From the UHGV virus genome UHGV-0200725: a stretch of DNA of 39,875 bases; one strand, given 5' to 3'. Position 1 is the first letter of the stretch, and the number at the start of each line of letters is the position of its first letter. The translations under genes were made by a program, and so were the position numbers. The DNA is from a virus. The notes beneath the pieces are model-generated. The model was given only the letters and a program-made list of their open reading frames with translations. It was not told the DNA's origin and did no database searches. Of the stretch, positions 17,561-29,556 are shown piece after piece.

Positions 17561-17737
17561 GCTCGTTGTGGTAGTGAGATAAAAAGAGGCGGCGCTTACT
17601 ACCGATTCCGCCTAGTTGGTCACTTCGACGCATCGTCTGGAACTCCAACCATCGCAGGCTGAGAGGTCTGTAAAATGCAATCCCGAAACAGTTCGCAGGT
17701 AATAGTTAGAGCCTGCATAACGGTTTCGGGATTTTTT
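17545..17737 (+). ncRNA. Short terminated late leader transcript (6S-like RNA) from pR' to tR'
   Basis: Promoter at 17510-17538 and terminator at 17679-17737 define a transcript of about 190 nt, as known for lambda. Confidence 0.5.
17679..17737 (+). terminator. tR' rho-independent terminator
   Basis: Long hairpin AATCCCGAAAC...GTTTCGGGATT followed by TTTTTT. Confidence 0.75.
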
Positions 17738-18250
17738 ATATCTGTGTAACAGGTAAGAGCATTCTCCCTTATGGGGCTTGGCTTAAATGCACCGAGTGCT
17801 CTTACCGTTGTGATGAATGCACAGGCTGATGTGCCGCAACTACAGTAGTGCGCGCTTTGCGGGGCTTGCTACAACCCTGAGTCGGAGTTCAGCACCGACC
17901 ATCACAACGCAACGTTAAGAGTATTTGGCTAATTAAGCGAATGCCGGAAGCAGAACCGGATCACCAAATGCGTACAGGCGTCATCGCCGACCAGCAACAG
18001 CACAACCCAAACTGAGCCGTAGCCACTGGCTATCCTGGATTCATCAGTGATAGTTATGCTGCGGCCTTCTACACATGATCTTCGTGAAAGCGGGTGACAG
18101 GAGGTCGCGCTAACAACCTCCTGCCGTTTTGCCCGTGCATATCGGTCACGAACAAATCTGATTACTAAACACAGTAGCCTGGATTTGTTCTATCAGAAAT
18201 CGACCTTATTCCTAATTAAATAGAGCAAATCCCCTTATTGGGGGTAAGAC

Positions 18251-18574
18251 ATGAAGATGCCAGAAAAACATGACCTGTTAGCCGCTATTCTCGCGGCAAA
18301 GGAACAAGGCATCGGGGCAATCCTTGCGTTTGCAATGGCGTACCTTCGCGGCAGATATAATGGCGGTGCGTTTACAAAAACAGTAATCGACGCAACGATG
18401 TGCGCCATTATCGCCTGGTTCATTCGTGACCTTCTCGACTTCGCCGGACTAAGTAGCAATCTCGCTTATATAACGAGCGTGTTCATCGGCTACATCGGTA
18501 CTGACTCGATTGGTTCGCTTATCAAACGCTTCGCTGCTAAAAAAGCCGGAGTAGAAGATGGTGGAAATCAATAA
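18251..18574 (+). CDS. S: Class I holin (lambda S-type) with dual-start motif
   Basis: 107-aa ORF starting MKM, three transmembrane segments, charged C-terminus; matches lambda S as recalled. Confidence 0.9.
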   Translation: MKMPEKHDLLAAILAAKEQGIGAILAFAMAYLRGRYNGGAFTKTVIDATMCAIIAWFIRDLLDFAGLSSNLAYITSVFIGYIGTDSIGSLIKRFAAKKAGVEDGGNQ

Positions 18575-19034
18575 TCAACGTAAGGCGTTCCTCGATATGC
18601 TGGCGTGGTCAGAGGGAACTGATAACGGACGGCAGAAAACCAGAAATCATGGTTATGACGTCATTGTTGGCGGAGAGCTATTCACTGATTACTCCGATCA
18701 CCCTCGCAAACTTGTCACGCTAAACCCCAAACTCAAATCAACAGCAGCCGGACGTTACCAGCTTCTTTCCCGTTGGTGGGATGCCTACCGTAAGCAGCTT
18801 GGACTGAAAGATTTCTCTCCGAAAAGTCAGGACGCTGTGGCATTGCAGCAGATTAAGGAGCGTGGCGCTTTACCGATGATTGATCGCGGTGATATTCGTC
18901 AGGCTATCGACCGTTGCAGCAATATCTGGGCTTCACTGCCGGGTGCTGGTTATGGTCAGTTCGAGCATAAGGCTGACAGCCTGATTGCAAAATTCAAAGA
19001 AGCAGGCGGAACGGTCAGAGAGATTGAGGTATGA
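18558..19034 (+). CDS. R: Endolysin (lambda R-type lytic transglycosylase)
   Basis: 158-aa ORF overlapping holin 3' end; catalytic region [11 protein letters not shown]. Confidence 0.9.
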   Translation: MVEINNQRKAFLDMLAWSEGTDNGRQKTRNHGYDVIVGGELFTDYSDHPRKLVTLNPKLKSTAAGRYQLLSRWWDAYRKQLGLKDFSPKSQDAVALQQIKERGALPMIDRGDIRQAIDRCSNIWASLPGAGYGQFEHKADSLIAKFKEAGGTVREIEV

Positions 19035-19468
19035 GCAGAGTAGCCGCGATTATCTCCGCTCTGGTTATCTGCATCATCGTTTGCCTGTCATGGGCGGTCA
19101 ATCATTACCGTGATAATGCAATCGCCTACAAAGAGCAGCGCGATAAGGCCGCATCCACAATTGCTGACATGCAGAAGCGTCAACGTGATGTAGCAGTACT
19201 TGACGCCAGATACACAAAGGAGCTTGCTGATGCTAACGCGACTATCGAAAGCCTCCGTGCTGATGTTTCTGCTGGGCGTAAGCGCCTGCAAGTCGCCGCC
19301 ACCTGTGCAAAGTCAACGACCGGAGCCAGCAGCATGGGCGATGGAGAAAGCCCAAGACTTACAGCAGATGCTGAACTCAATTATTACCGTCTCCGAAGTG
19401 GAATCGACAGGATAACCGCGCAGGTTAACTACCTGCAGGAGTACATCAGGACGCAATGCCTTCGATGA
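19031..19468 (+). CDS. Rz: Rz i-spanin
   Basis: 145-aa ORF with N-terminal TM anchor and coiled-coil periplasmic domain. Confidence 0.85.
   Translation: MSRVAAIISALVICIIVCLSWAVNHYRDNAIAYKEQRDKAASTIADMQKRQRDVAVLDARYTKELADANATIESLRADVSAGRKRLQVAATCAKSTTGASSMGDGESPRLTADAELNYYRLRSGIDRITAQVNYLQEYIRTQCLR
19230..19415 (+). CDS. Rz1: Rz1 o-spanin lipoprotein embedded in Rz in the +1 frame
   Basis: ATG 19230 preceded by AAAGGAG; signal peptide with lipobox LGVSAC and proline-rich mature region. Confidence 0.7.
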   Translation: MLTRLSKASVLMFLLGVSACKSPPPVQSQRPEPAAWAMEKAQDLQQMLNSIITVSEVESTG

Positions 19469-19642
19469 TAGCGATAATTTTACTCATCATCCTTCACATC
19501 TGGCTCTGTAGGCAGGGTGGTGATCACTTCTGGAGTAAATCCAGATTAAACATCTCATTGCTGATGCTTGATATTGAGCATCTGGCGCGCAGTAAGGGGC
19601 TGCGTTGAGATAAGAGCCAGTTCATTACAAATACCAGGATTT

Positions 19643-19668
19643 AGCCTCGCATTCGCGGGGCTTTTTAT
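19643..19668 (+). terminator. Probable rho-independent terminator downstream of the lysis cassette
   Basis: AGCCTCGC-ATTC-GCGGGGCT (one mismatch) followed by TTTTATAT. Confidence 0.45.
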
Positions 19669-19810
19669 ATCTGAATTTCACAGCGCATCTCACGCGCATA
19701 TTAACGAGAGCCTTTCAGTAAGCGAGCCTGAGAAATGCCGTTATAGGTGGCGACCTCTCTCGGGCGGCTTTTCTGTGAGACAGGTTCACTTTCTAAAAGG
19801 TAAAGACGCT

Positions 19811-20329
19811 ATGAATCATCAATTGGCTAATCTCGATTTCCGGGACATGGTGGTTGTTTCTGGTGATCGCGTGATCACAACCTCCCGCAAGGTAGCAGCT
19901 TACTTCGACAAGCAGCATCACCACATCATTCAGAAAATCGAAAAGCTAGACTGTTCGGATGAATTTCTAACCAGCAACTTTTCGCGGGTTACCTATGAAC
20001 ACAAGGGTAATCAGTATGTTGAATATGAAATTTCCAAAGACGGTGCGATGTACATCATCATGTCGTTTACCGGCAAAAAAGCTGCCGCCATCAAAGAGGC
20101 GTTTATCAAAGCATTTAATTGGATGCGTGACAGGCTGATGGAGATGGCTCACTCATACCAAAGAGAGCACAACGAGTTAATGCTGGAGTTCATGAAGGAA
20201 AAGGATGTTGCCAGTATGTCAGGACGCTTGCTGAACCGCTGGGGCAGGATCAAAAAACCGCAACTCATAGCAAGAATCAAAAGGCTTGAGCAGCAGGCGC
20301 AAATATCGATCCCCGGACTGCCAAAGTGA
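19811..20329 (+). CDS. rha: Rha-family phage regulatory protein
   Basis: 172 aa from ATG 19811; N-terminal MNHQLANLDFRDMVVVSGDRVITTSRKVAAYFDKQHHHIIQKIEKL typical of Rha proteins; track ORF from 19568 is an over-extension. Confidence 0.75.
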   Translation: MNHQLANLDFRDMVVVSGDRVITTSRKVAAYFDKQHHHIIQKIEKLDCSDEFLTSNFSRVTYEHKGNQYVEYEISKDGAMYIIMSFTGKKAAAIKEAFIKAFNWMRDRLMEMAHSYQREHNELMLEFMKEKDVASMSGRLLNRWGRIKKPQLIARIKRLEQQAQISIPGLPK

Positions 20330-20681
20330 CCATTCCAAAGCCCATCTACGGGTGGGCTTGATAATGAAACCGTGATTTACATCCCCACAATCCGGGTATG
20401 TAAAAGATAGTTCAGGCGAGAACAGATTTAACTAAATCTGTGCACCACCAGTTGCGGCAGTACAGCGAAACAACACAAGCCAGTAAGTGGGGAAATAACA
20501 CTGGCAGCCACTGAAAGATGAACCTCCTGCCTTATGGCAAAAAAGATTCTTTGTGGTGGCGGACTGATGGAAAGACATCGGTTATTGCAGAGGCCATTCA
20601 ATGAATGGTCTCGACAATGGCTTATACCCTACACGGGATAACTTAACTGATATCCCTTTTAACGGATAAACGGAGCCAACA

Positions 20682-20924
20682 ATGGCAGAGATTATTCCCA
20701 TGACTGAAGAACAGAAATTCCAGTTAGAGATTTACAAACTGGTCATGAACCAGAACGCAGCCGCAGAGGAAGCATTTCAGTTCATTGGCACTGACGAGCT
20801 GAAGCTTGAGCTATTCAAAATTCACTTCCAGTCAGGCGGCGCTAATTCGGATATCACGATCCGCACATTTGAAGCGGTGCGTAAATCGAAGGAAGCGTTA
20901 GACCTGTTCACTACCGGAGCATAA
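20682..20924 (+). CDS. Hypothetical protein (80 aa)
   Basis: ORF preceded by ACGGAG; precedes the packaging module. Confidence 0.6.
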   Translation: MAEIIPMTEEQKFQLEIYKLVMNQNAAAEEAFQFIGTDELKLELFKIHFQSGGANSDITIRTFEAVRKSKEALDLFTTGA

Positions 20925-21003
20925 ACATGGCAACTCAAGGTTTCGACAACCCATCCAAATTCCGCGATGAATGGGATAAGCAAGCAGAAGGGAAATAATC
21001 AAT

Positions 21004-21492
21004 ATGGCAGCACCAAAGGGCAACCGATTTTGGGAGGCCCGCAGTAGTCATGGGCGAAACCCTAAATTCGAATCGCCTGAGGAGCTGTGGGCTGCTTGTT
21101 GTGAATACTTCGAGTGGGTGGAAGCTAACCCGCTATGGGAGATGAAGGCGTTCTCGTATCAGGGTGAAGTGATACAAGAGCCTATCGCCAAGATGCGAGC
21201 GATGACCATTACCGGCCTCACTCTGTTCATTGATGTGACGCTTGAAACATGGCGCACATATCGCCTGCGAGAAGATTTATCTGAAGTCGTTACGCGAGCA
21301 GAGCAGGTCATCTACGACCAGAAATTCTCTGGCGCAGCCGCTGACCTTCTCAACGCTAACATCATCGCCCGTGATTTGGGCCTCAAAGAGCAGTCGCAAG
21401 TTGAAGACGTGACACCTGATAAGGGAGATCGCGATAAGCGGCGCTCTCGTATCAAGGAGCTATTCAACCGTGGAACTGGACGCGATTCTTGA
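21004..21492 (+). CDS. 3: Terminase small subunit (P22 gp3-type)
   Basis: 162-aa ORF immediately upstream of and overlapping the large terminase; matches P22 gp3 as recalled. Confidence 0.85.
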   Translation: MAAPKGNRFWEARSSHGRNPKFESPEELWAACCEYFEWVEANPLWEMKAFSYQGEVIQEPIAKMRAMTITGLTLFIDVTLETWRTYRLREDLSEVVTRAEQVIYDQKFSGAAADLLNANIIARDLGLKEQSQVEDVTPDKGDRDKRRSRIKELFNRGTGRDS

Positions 21493-22969
21493 TAACTTGA
21501 GCGACGAAGAGCAAATCGAATTGCTCGAGCTACTCGAAGAAGAAGAGAACTACCGGAACACACACCTGCTATATGAATTTACGCCATACAGCAAACAGCG
21601 TGAGTTCATCGACGCCGGACATGACTACCCAGAGCGATGTTTTATGGCTGGTAACCAGCTTGGTAAGTCATTTACTGGTGCTGCTGAAGTCGCGTTTCAC
21701 CTTACAGGTCGTTATCCGGGCACAAAAGGCTATCCTGCTGATGGTAAATATGGCGGTGAGTGGAAAGGTAAGCGTTTCTATGAGCCTGTTGTCTTCTGGA
21801 TTGGTGGCGAGACAAACGAGACTGTAACCAAAACGACTCAACGCATCCTGTGCGGTCGTATCGAAGAGAATGATGAGCCAGGCTACGGTTCCATACCGAA
21901 AGAGGACATCATTAGCTGGAAGAAGTCTCCTTTCTTTCCGAACCTTGTTGATCATCTTCTGGTTAAGCATCACACGGCTGATGGCGTTGAAGATGGCATT
22001 TCAATCTGCTACTTCAAACCATACTCGCAAGGCCGCGCTCGCTGGCAGGGTGACACAATCCACGGCGTGTGGTTTGACGAAGAGCCACCATACAGCATTT
22101 ATGGCGAAGGTCTTACCCGTACCAACAAATACGGGCAATTCTCAATTCTGACGTTTACCCCGCTGATGGGGATGTCTGACGTTGTTACCAAGTTCCTGAA
22201 GAATCCCAGCAAGTCGCAGAAAGTGGTCAACATGACCATCTATGACGCTGAGCACTATACCGACGAGCAGAAAGAGCAAATCATCGCATCCTATCCAGAG
22301 CATGAGAGAGAGGCGCGTGCTCGCGGTATTCCTACGATGGGTAGTGGTCGAATCTTCCAGATACCGGAAGAGACGATTAAGTGTCAGCCGTTCGAGTGTC
22401 CTGATCACTTCTACGTAATTGGCGGGATGGATTTCGGATGGGATCACCCGCAGGCGCAGGTTCAGCTTTGGTGGGATAAGGACGCAGACACAATCTACGT
22501 TTCACGCGTGTGGAAGGCGAAAGAAAAAACAGCCGTTCAGGCATGGGGAGCTGTTAAATCATGGGCGCATAAAGTGCCAACAGCATGGCCTCATGACGGA
22601 AACCAGCATGAGAAGGGCGGCGGTGAGCAGCTCAAAGGGCAGTATGCAGATGCTGGTTTTATGATGTTGCAGGAGCATGCGACATGGCCTGATGGCGGTA
22701 ATGCTGTTGAGCCTGGCATCACTGAATTGCGAGACATGATGCTTGATGGTCGCTTCAAAGTATTCAACACCTGTGAGCCATTCTTTGAGGAGTTTCGCCT
22801 CTATCACCGTGATGAAAACGGGAAGATCGTCAAGCTTAACGATGACGTTCTCTCCGCCGTTCGCTATGCATACATGATGCGCCGCTTCGCCAAAATGATG
22901 CGCGACATCAAAAAACCAAAAGAGAAAAAGATACCAGCCCCAATCAGGCCCATCGCACGGAGAACTTAA
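21470..22969 (+). CDS. 2: Terminase large subunit (P22 gp2-type)
   Basis: 499-aa ORF with ATPase region (AGNQLGKS Walker A-like) and C-terminal nuclease; overlaps small subunit by 23 nt. Confidence 0.9.
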   Translation: MELDAILDNLSDEEQIELLELLEEEENYRNTHLLYEFTPYSKQREFIDAGHDYPERCFMAGNQLGKSFTGAAEVAFHLTGRYPGTKGYPADGKYGGEWKGKRFYEPVVFWIGGETNETVTKTTQRILCGRIEENDEPGYGSIPKEDIISWKKSPFFPNLVDHLLVKHHTADGVEDGISICYFKPYSQGRARWQGDTIHGVWFDEEPPYSIYGEGLTRTNKYGQFSILTFTPLMGMSDVVTKFLKNPSKSQKVVNMTIYDAEHYTDEQKEQIIASYPEHEREARARGIPTMGSGRIFQIPEETIKCQPFECPDHFYVIGGMDFGWDHPQAQVQLWWDKDADTIYVSRVWKAKEKTAVQAWGAVKSWAHKVPTAWPHDGNQHEKGGGEQLKGQYADAGFMMLQEHATWPDGGNAVEPGITELRDMMLDGRFKVFNTCEPFFEEFRLYHRDENGKIVKLNDDVLSAVRYAYMMRRFAKMMRDIKKPKEKKIPAPIRPIARRT

Positions 22970-25135
22970 ATGGCCGACGAAAACAGACTCAATTCCATTC
23001 TGTGTAAGTTTGACGCAGACTGGATGGCGAGCGATGAAGCCAGAACCGAGGCGACAAATGACCTGTATTTTAGCCGAGTGTCGCAATGGGATGACTGGCT
23101 ATCAAACTACACCACCCTGCAATATCGCGGACAATTCGATGTTGTTCGCCCGGTGGTCAGGAAACTGGTCGCAGAGATGCGCCGGAACCCTATCGACGTT
23201 CTCTTCCGACCCAAAGACGGCGCTAATCCTGATGCAGCCGATGTGTTGATGGGGATGTATCGTACTGATATGCGCCATAACACGGCAAAGATTGCCGTTA
23301 ACGTTGGCGTTCGTGAGCAGATAGAGTCCGGCGTTGGTGCATGGCGTCTGGTCACACAGTACGAAGACAACGACCCAACAAGCAACAATCAGGTAATCAG
23401 ACGCCTGCCAATTCATGAAGCCTGCTCACACGTCATATGGGACGCCAACAGCAAGCAGATGGATAAGAGCGACGCTAAGCACTGCACGGTGATTAACGCC
23501 TTGTCGCGCAATGGCTGGAAAGAGTTCGCAGAGGATTACGGTATTGATCCGGACACCTTGCCATCTTTCCAGAATCCAAACGATACATGGCTGTTTCCGT
23601 GGGTATCGAATGATGTCGTCTACGTCGCTGAGTATTACGAGGTCGAAGAGAAGAAAGAGAAAGTCTTCATCTACCGCGACCCGCTGACAGGTGAGCCGGT
23701 CAGCTATTACCAGCAGGATATCAAAGACGTCATCGACGACCTGGCTAATCGTGGATTCATTAAGGTAGCAGAGCGTAAGGTCAAGCGTCGGCGTGTGTAT
23801 AAGTCGATCATCACCTGCACGCAGATACTGAAAGACCGCGAGAAGATAGCCGGAGAGCATATCCCAATCGTTCCTGTGTACGGCGAATGGTCATTCGCTG
23901 GTGACAAGGAGTGCTACGAGGGCGTGGTAAGGCTGACGAAAGACGGTCAACGCCTTCGTAACATGATCATGTCATTCAACGCCGATATTGTTGCTCGTTC
24001 ACCGAAGAAGAAACCTACCTTCTTCCCTGAGCAAATCGAAGGCTACGAATACATGTACGGTGGAAATGATGACTATCCGTACTATCTCCAGAACAGGACT
24101 GATGAAAACGGTAACGACCTGCCGATTGGTCCAATCTCCTACATGGAAAACCCTGAAGTGCCGCAAGCCAACGCTTACATGCTTGAGGCAGCCACCAACG
24201 CAGTGAAAGAGGTGGCTAGTCTTGGAGTTGATGCGCAGGCGGCAAATGGTCAGGTCGCTTTCGATACCGTCAATCAACTGAACATGCGGGCAGACCTTGA
24301 GACATACGTGTTTCAGGATAACCTGGCTACCGCAATGCGACGTGATGGCGAGATTTATGCCTCAATGGTCAACGATATTTATGACGTTCCTCGCCATGTA
24401 ACGCTGACTCTTGAAGACGGAAGCGAGAAAGACGTTCAACTCTATGCGCAAGTTGTCGATTACCAGTCCGGCAATGTGGTCACACTCAACGACATTCGCG
24501 GTCGCTATGAGTGCTATACAGACGTAGGACCATCCTTCCAGAGTATGAAGGAACAGAACCGCGCAGAGATTCAGGAGTTGCTCACCAAGGTTCCGCAAGG
24601 TACTCCAGAGTTCCAGATGCTGATGCTGCAATACTTCACGCTGCTTGACGGTAAAGGCGTCGAGATGATGCGAGAGTACGCGAACAAGCAACTGGTGATG
24701 ATGGGGCTGAAGAAGCCAGAAACACCTGAAGAGATGGAGATGGTACAGCAGGCTCAACAGCAGCCGCAGCAGCCATCAGCAGAGCAAATTCAGGCGCAGG
24801 GTATCCTTCTGCAAGGTCAGGCTGAATTGCTCAAGGCAGAGAACCAACAGGCGCAGATTCAGGTTGAAGCCGCCAAGGTTGAAGCCCAAAACCAACTCAA
24901 CGCCGCGAAGATTGCGGAAATCTTCAACAATATGGACCTCGACAAGCAGGCAGAACTGCGTGAGTACCTCAAGCTCGTAGGTCAATTCCAGCAACAGCGC
25001 AGCAAAGATGCTCGTGCTAACGCTGAGCTGCTTCTTAAAGATGCAGACCAGACTCATTCACAACGCATGGATTTCGCGAATCTTATGCGTCAAGTTCAAA
25101 TCCCCTCCGGCGGAGTAGCCGAGACACCTCAATAA
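22970..25135 (+). CDS. 1: Portal protein (P22 gp1-type) with long C-terminal helical barrel
   Basis: 721-aa ORF; Gln-rich coiled-coil C-terminus; collinear with P22 gp1 as recalled. Confidence 0.9.
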   Translation: MADENRLNSILCKFDADWMASDEARTEATNDLYFSRVSQWDDWLSNYTTLQYRGQFDVVRPVVRKLVAEMRRNPIDVLFRPKDGANPDAADVLMGMYRTDMRHNTAKIAVNVGVREQIESGVGAWRLVTQYEDNDPTSNNQVIRRLPIHEACSHVIWDANSKQMDKSDAKHCTVINALSRNGWKEFAEDYGIDPDTLPSFQNPNDTWLFPWVSNDVVYVAEYYEVEEKKEKVFIYRDPLTGEPVSYYQQDIKDVIDDLANRGFIKVAERKVKRRRVYKSIITCTQILKDREKIAGEHIPIVPVYGEWSFAGDKECYEGVVRLTKDGQRLRNMIMSFNADIVARSPKKKPTFFPEQIEGYEYMYGGNDDYPYYLQNRTDENGNDLPIGPISYMENPEVPQANAYMLEAATNAVKEVASLGVDAQAANGQVAFDTVNQLNMRADLETYVFQDNLATAMRRDGEIYASMVNDIYDVPRHVTLTLEDGSEKDVQLYAQVVDYQSGNVVTLNDIRGRYECYTDVGPSFQSMKEQNRAEIQELLTKVPQGTPEFQMLMLQYFTLLDGKGVEMMREYANKQLVMMGLKKPETPEEMEMVQQAQQQPQQPSAEQIQAQGILLQGQAELLKAENQQAQIQVEAAKVEAQNQLNAAKIAEIFNNMDLDKQAELREYLKLVGQFQQQRSKDARANAELLLKDADQTHSQRMDFANLMRQVQIPSGGVAETPQ

Positions 25136-25148
25136 GAGAGAGTTAATC

Positions 25149-26060
25149 ATGGACCAAACCACCGACATTCAGGCTTCTGAAGAATTAACCCTGCCCGGCA
25201 ATCATGCAGCGGCATCTGCTGATGGCTTAGTTGTCGATAATGCCAACGACAACGCAGGTCAGGAAGAAGGCTTCGAGATTGTCCTGAAAGACGATGAGAA
25301 ACCAAAACAAGACCCGGCAACTAATGCTGAATTTGCCCGTCGCCGCATCGAACGCAAACGCCAGCGTGAGCTTGAGCAGCAGATGGAAGCGGTTAAGCGT
25401 GGAGAGTTGCCGGAGCACCTGCGGGTGAACCCTGAGTTACCAAAACAACCAGACCCTAACGATTATCTTTCCGAAGATGCACTGGCTAAGTACGACTATG
25501 ACCAGAGCCGCGCACTGGCTGCCTTCCAGCAGGCAAACAGTGAATGGCAGATCAAGGCTATGGACGCACGAAGCCAGGCTGTCGCCGAGCAGGGTCGCAA
25601 AACTCAGGAGTTCACCCAGCAATCAGCGCAATACGTCGAGGCAGCCCGTAAGCACTACGACGCAGCGGAAAAGCTCAATATCCCTGACTATCAGGAGAAA
25701 GAGGATGCATTCATGCAACTGGTGCCGCCAGCAGTCGGTGCCGACATCATGCGCCTCTTCCCGGAGAAATCCGCTGCTCTCATGTATCACCTTGGTGCTA
25801 ATCCTGAGAAAACACGCCAGTTGCTGGCGATGGACGGGCAATCCGCGCTGATTGAACTCACTCGACTGTCAGAACGTTTAACTCTCAAGCCTCGAGCCAA
25901 GCCTGTTTCAGAAGCCCCGTTACCTGATGAACCCATTCAGGGACACGCTGTTGCTGCAAATATCTCTGCGATTGAAAAGCAGATGGAAGCGGCAGCAAAC
26001 AAAGGGGATGTAGAGACATACCGCAAGCTCAAGGCGCAACTGAATAAAGGAATTCGATAA
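25149..26060 (+). CDS. 8: Scaffolding protein (P22 gp8-type)
   Basis: 303-aa acidic helical ORF between portal and coat. Confidence 0.9.
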   Translation: MDQTTDIQASEELTLPGNHAAASADGLVVDNANDNAGQEEGFEIVLKDDEKPKQDPATNAEFARRRIERKRQRELEQQMEAVKRGELPEHLRVNPELPKQPDPNDYLSEDALAKYDYDQSRALAAFQQANSEWQIKAMDARSQAVAEQGRKTQEFTQQSAQYVEAARKHYDAAEKLNIPDYQEKEDAFMQLVPPAVGADIMRLFPEKSAALMYHLGANPEKTRQLLAMDGQSALIELTRLSERLTLKPRAKPVSEAPLPDEPIQGHAVAANISAIEKQMEAAANKGDVETYRKLKAQLNKGIR

Positions 26061-27355
26061 TGGCATTAAATGAAGGTCAACTGGTCACGTATGCTCTGGA
26101 TGAAATCATCGAAACCGTCCAGAACCTGACGCCAATGGCGTCTAAAGTGACAAAATACACCCCTCCGGCAGAATCCATGCAGCGTTCAAGCAACACCGTG
26201 TGGATGCCTGTTGAGCAGGAAGCGCCAACCCAGACTGGCTGGGATTTAACTGGCAACGCAACCGGGATTCTGGAACTCTCCGTGAAATGCAACATGGGCG
26301 ATCCGGATAACGATTTCTTCGAGCTTCGTGCAGATGACCTGCGTGATGAGCGTTCTTACCGTCGCCGCATCCAGGCATCCGCCAAAAAACTGGCGAATAA
26401 CATTGAGTCAGCGATTGCCAAACAGGCAACTGAAATGGGCTCGCTTGTTGTTCACGATACCCGCGCAATTGGTCCATCTACTGGCCTGTCTGGCTGGGAT
26501 TTTGTTTCTGATGCAGAGCGCCTGATGTTCTCCCGTGAGCTAAACCGCGATATGGGCATCAGTTACTTCCTGAACCCTGACGATTACCGCAAAGCAGGCC
26601 GCAACCTGGTAGATGGTGACATCTTCGGGCGCGTTCCTGAAGAAGCGTATCGCAACGGTACTATTCAGCGTCAGATTGCTGGCTTTGATGAAATTCTTCG
26701 CTCACCGAAACTTCCGGCAGTTACCAAGTCAACCGCTACTGGTGTAACTGTTTCTGGTGCGCAGAAGTTTAAGCCGCAGGCATACACCCTTGATACCGAT
26801 GGTAACAAAGAGAACGTCGACAACCGTGTTGCAACGGTGACCGTATCCTCCACCACCGGATTTAAGCGCGGCGACAAAATCAGTTTCACTGGTGTGAAAT
26901 TCCTGTCTCAGATGGCGAAGAACGTGCTAACTGATGATGCGACTTTCTCAATCACCCGTGTGATCGATGGTACTCACATCGAAATCACGCCGAAACCGAT
27001 TGCACTGGATGACGCGTCACTGACAAAAGAAGAGAAGGCTTACGCTAACGTAAACACCTCTCTTGCTGATACCACTCCGGTAAACGTTCTGAACGTGGCA
27101 ACAACCACCGCTAACGTGTTCTGGGCTGATGACTCAATCCGTCTGCTGTCTCAGCCGATCCCGGTAACCCATGAACTGTTTGCTGGCATGAAAACGTCTT
27201 CCTTCAGCATTCCTGGTATTGGTGTTAACGGCATCTTCGCAACGCAGGGTGATATCAACACTCTGTCTGGTAAGTGCCGTATTGCTGTGTGGTATTCAGC
27301 ATGTGCTGTACGACCAGAGGCAATTGGTGTTGGTCTGCCTAACCAGACCGCGTGA
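26060..27355 (+). CDS. 5: Major coat protein (P22 gp5-type)
   Basis: 431-aa ORF; collinear with P22 coat protein as recalled. Confidence 0.9.
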   Translation: MALNEGQLVTYALDEIIETVQNLTPMASKVTKYTPPAESMQRSSNTVWMPVEQEAPTQTGWDLTGNATGILELSVKCNMGDPDNDFFELRADDLRDERSYRRRIQASAKKLANNIESAIAKQATEMGSLVVHDTRAIGPSTGLSGWDFVSDAERLMFSRELNRDMGISYFLNPDDYRKAGRNLVDGDIFGRVPEEAYRNGTIQRQIAGFDEILRSPKLPAVTKSTATGVTVSGAQKFKPQAYTLDTDGNKENVDNRVATVTVSSTTGFKRGDKISFTGVKFLSQMAKNVLTDDATFSITRVIDGTHIEITPKPIALDDASLTKEEKAYANVNTSLADTTPVNVLNVATTTANVFWADDSIRLLSQPIPVTHELFAGMKTSSFSIPGIGVNGIFATQGDINTLSGKCRIAVWYSACAVRPEAIGVGLPNQTA

Positions 27356-27363
27356 TAACCAGA

Positions 27364-27386
27364 GGGAGCTTCGGCTCCCTTTTTTA
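27364..27386 (+). terminator. Strong rho-independent terminator after the coat gene
   Basis: GGGAGC-TTCG-GCTCCC followed by TTTTTTA. Confidence 0.8.
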
Positions 27387-27399
27387 TCTGGAGACAAGC

Positions 27400-27660
27400 A
27401 TGACACACATGATCTTTCGTCATGGCGACATGAAGAAGTGGAAAGGCGTTGGCTACGACTTTGAAATCGTGAAAGCCGAAGAGCTTCAGGAATATCTGGA
27501 TGCTGGCTGGTTTGCACATCCTGATGATCTTCTGAAGGATGTTGCAGAGCCAGATCCAGAGCCAGAGCCAGAGCCAGATCCAGAGCCAGAAGAAAAACAG
27601 CGTAAAAAGCCTGGTCGAAAACCTAAGGCGGCAGCAGATGAACCTGACAACGAAGGGTGA
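27400..27660 (+). CDS. Small acidic protein with (PE/PD) dipeptide repeat and basic tail (86 aa)
   Basis: ATG 27400 preceded by GGAGA; translation [86 protein letters not shown]. Confidence 0.55.
   Translation: MTHMIFRHGDMKKWKGVGYDFEIVKAEELQEYLDAGWFAHPDDLLKDVAEPDPEPEPEPDPEPEEKQRKKPGRKPKAAADEPDNEG
27547..27588 (+). repeat. Seven tandem hexamers (GAGCCA/GATCCA) encoding the PE/PD repeat
   Basis: GAGCCA GATCCA GAGCCA GAGCCA GAGCCA GATCCA GAGCCA read directly at 27547-27588. Confidence 0.9.
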
Positions 27661-28138
27661 TTTAGTTCTTGCGGCATTACGTAAGCTCGGTGTGGCATCA
27701 AATGCCACGTTAACCGATGTCGAACCGCAGTCTATGGAAGACGGCGTCAACGACCTTGAAATGATGATGGCTGAATGGCTTGGCGGTGATGTGTCACCTG
27801 GTATCAACGTTGGTTACATTTTCGCTGATGCAGATGTCGCTCCAGATCCGGGCGATGAGCACGGTTTATCAAATAACGCTATCAATGCTGTCATTTTCAA
27901 CCTTGCCTGCCGCATTGCACCGGATTATGCGCTGGAAGCGCCTGCAAAACTTATAACCACTGCCAGATACGGGAAAGAGCGACTCGTCAAACTGTCTGCA
28001 ATGGACAGAGCAAAAGCCGCTAAATGTAAGTCCGGTTATCCAAACCGTATGCCTGTTGGTAGCGGTAACCAGTTGGCGAAGTGGAACGGTTGGAATTACT
28101 TCCACCGAAAGGAACCTTGCGATAACGGGAGCGAATAA
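27638..28138 (+). CDS. 4: Head-completion / tail accessory protein (P22 gp4-type)
   Basis: 166 aa from ATG 27638 ([33 protein letters not shown]...); track ORF from 27539 is an over-extension. Confidence 0.8.
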   Translation: MNLTTKGDLVLAALRKLGVASNATLTDVEPQSMEDGVNDLEMMMAEWLGGDVSPGINVGYIFADADVAPDPGDEHGLSNNAINAVIFNLACRIAPDYALEAPAKLITTARYGKERLVKLSAMDRAKAAKCKSGYPNRMPVGSGNQLAKWNGWNYFHRKEPCDNGSE

Positions 28139-29556
28139 TGCCGATTCAGCAACTTCCGCTTATGAAAGGTGTCGGCAAAGACTTCCGAAACGCCGACTAT
28201 ATCGACTATCTGCCAGTGAATATGTTGGCTACACCAAAAGAAATCCTTAACAGCAGCGGATATCTTCGCTCATTCCCGGGCATTGCCAAACGTTCTGATG
28301 TGAACGGCGTATCGCGTGGCGTCGAGTACAACATGGCGCAGAATGCTGTTTATCGCGTGTGTGGTGGCAAGCTGTACAAAGGCGAAAGTGAAGTCGGTGA
28401 TGTTGCCGGAAGTGGTCGCGTATCAATGGCACATGGTCGGACATCACAGGCGGTAGGTGTTAACGGGCAACTGGTCGAATACCGCTATGATGGCACGGTT
28501 AAAACCGTCTCAAACTGGCCTACAGACAGCGGATTCACGCAGTATGAGTTAGGTTCTGTTCGTGACATTACTCGCTTACGTGGGCGTTATGCGTGGTCAA
28601 AAGACGGCACTGATTCATGGTTTATTACTGACCCTGAAGATGAATCGCACCCTGACCGCTACAGCGCACAATATCGCGCAGAATCGCAGCCGGACGGAAT
28701 CATCGGCATCGGAACATGGCGAGACTTCATCGTCTGCTTTGGTTCATCGACGATTGAGTATTTCTCCCTGACTGGCGCAACCACAGTTGGTGCTGCTTTG
28801 TATGTCGCACAGCCATCACTGATGGTGCAAAAAGGCATCGCCGGGACTTACTGCAAAACTCCATTCGCTGATTCTTATGCGTTCATCAGCAATCCGGCAA
28901 CAGGTGCGCCGTCTGTGTATATCATCGGCTCCGGGCAGGTGTCACCAATCGCCAGCGCGAGCATTGAGAAAATCCTCCGCTCCTACACTGCTGATGAACT
29001 GGCTGATGGCGTGATGGAATCGTTGCGCTTTGATGCTCATGAGCTGCTGATTATCCATCTTCCGCGCCATGTTCTGGTGTACGACGCATCTTCAAGCGCC
29101 AATGGTCCGCAATGGTGTGTACTGAAAACAGGCCTGTATGACGATGTGTACCGCGCTATCGACTTCATTTACGAAGGCAATCAGATAACGTGCGGCGATA
29201 AGCTGGAATCGGTGACCGGGAAATTGCAGTTCGATATCAGTAGTCAGTATGGGCTACAGCAAGAACACCTGCTGTTTACTCCGTTGTTCAAAGCGGATAA
29301 CGCCAGAGTTTTCGACCTTGAAGTTGAATCGTCAACTGGCGTTGCGCAGTACGCCGACCGCCTGTTCCTCTCTGCAACCACTGACGGCATCAATTACGGG
29401 CGTGAGCAGATGATTGAGCAGAATGAACCGTTCGTTTACGACAAACGCGTTTTGTGGAAGCGAGTAGGGCGCATCAGGAAAAATGTTGGCTTCAAATTGC
29501 GCGTTATCACGAAGTCACCTGTAACTCTGTCTGGCTGCCAGATAAGGATTGAGTAA
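28138..29556 (+). CDS. 10: Tail accessory protein (P22 gp10-type)
   Basis: 472-aa ORF, same length and position as P22 gp10. Confidence 0.85.
   Translation: MPIQQLPLMKGVGKDFRNADYIDYLPVNMLATPKEILNSSGYLRSFPGIAKRSDVNGVSRGVEYNMAQNAVYRVCGGKLYKGESEVGDVAGSGRVSMAHGRTSQAVGVNGQLVEYRYDGTVKTVSNWPTDSGFTQYELGSVRDITRLRGRYAWSKDGTDSWFITDPEDESHPDRYSAQYRAESQPDGIIGIGTWRDFIVCFGSSTIEYFSLTGATTVGAALYVAQPSLMVQKGIAGTYCKTPFADSYAFISNPATGAPSVYIIGSGQVSPIASASIEKILRSYTADELADGVMESLRFDAHELLIIHLPRHVLVYDASSSANGPQWCVLKTGLYDDVYRAIDFIYEGNQITCGDKLESVTGKLQFDISSQYGLQQEHLLFTPLFKADNARVFDLEVESSTGVAQYADRLFLSATTDGINYGREQMIEQNEPFVYDKRVLWKRVGRIRKNVGFKLRVITKSPVTLSGCQIRIE

Noticed and set aside
17752-17810. Inverted repeat GGTAAGAGCA...TGCTCTTACC just after tR'
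   Set aside because: Falls in the late-operon leader, where secondary structure is expected; not distinguishable from ordinary leader structure without comparative data.
22559-23086. Minus-strand 175-aa ORF antisense to terminase/portal, and similar long antisense ORFs (12688-13044, 24362-24757, 24776-25057, 27151-27807, 37179-37589)
   Set aside because: All lie wholly inside well-supported plus-strand genes, lack RBSs and have biased composition typical of shadow frames.
27486-27701. Minus-strand ORF encoding a (GS)n repeat
   Set aside because: It is the reverse-complement reading of the PE/PD hexamer repeat; the plus-strand gene has the RBS and terminator context.
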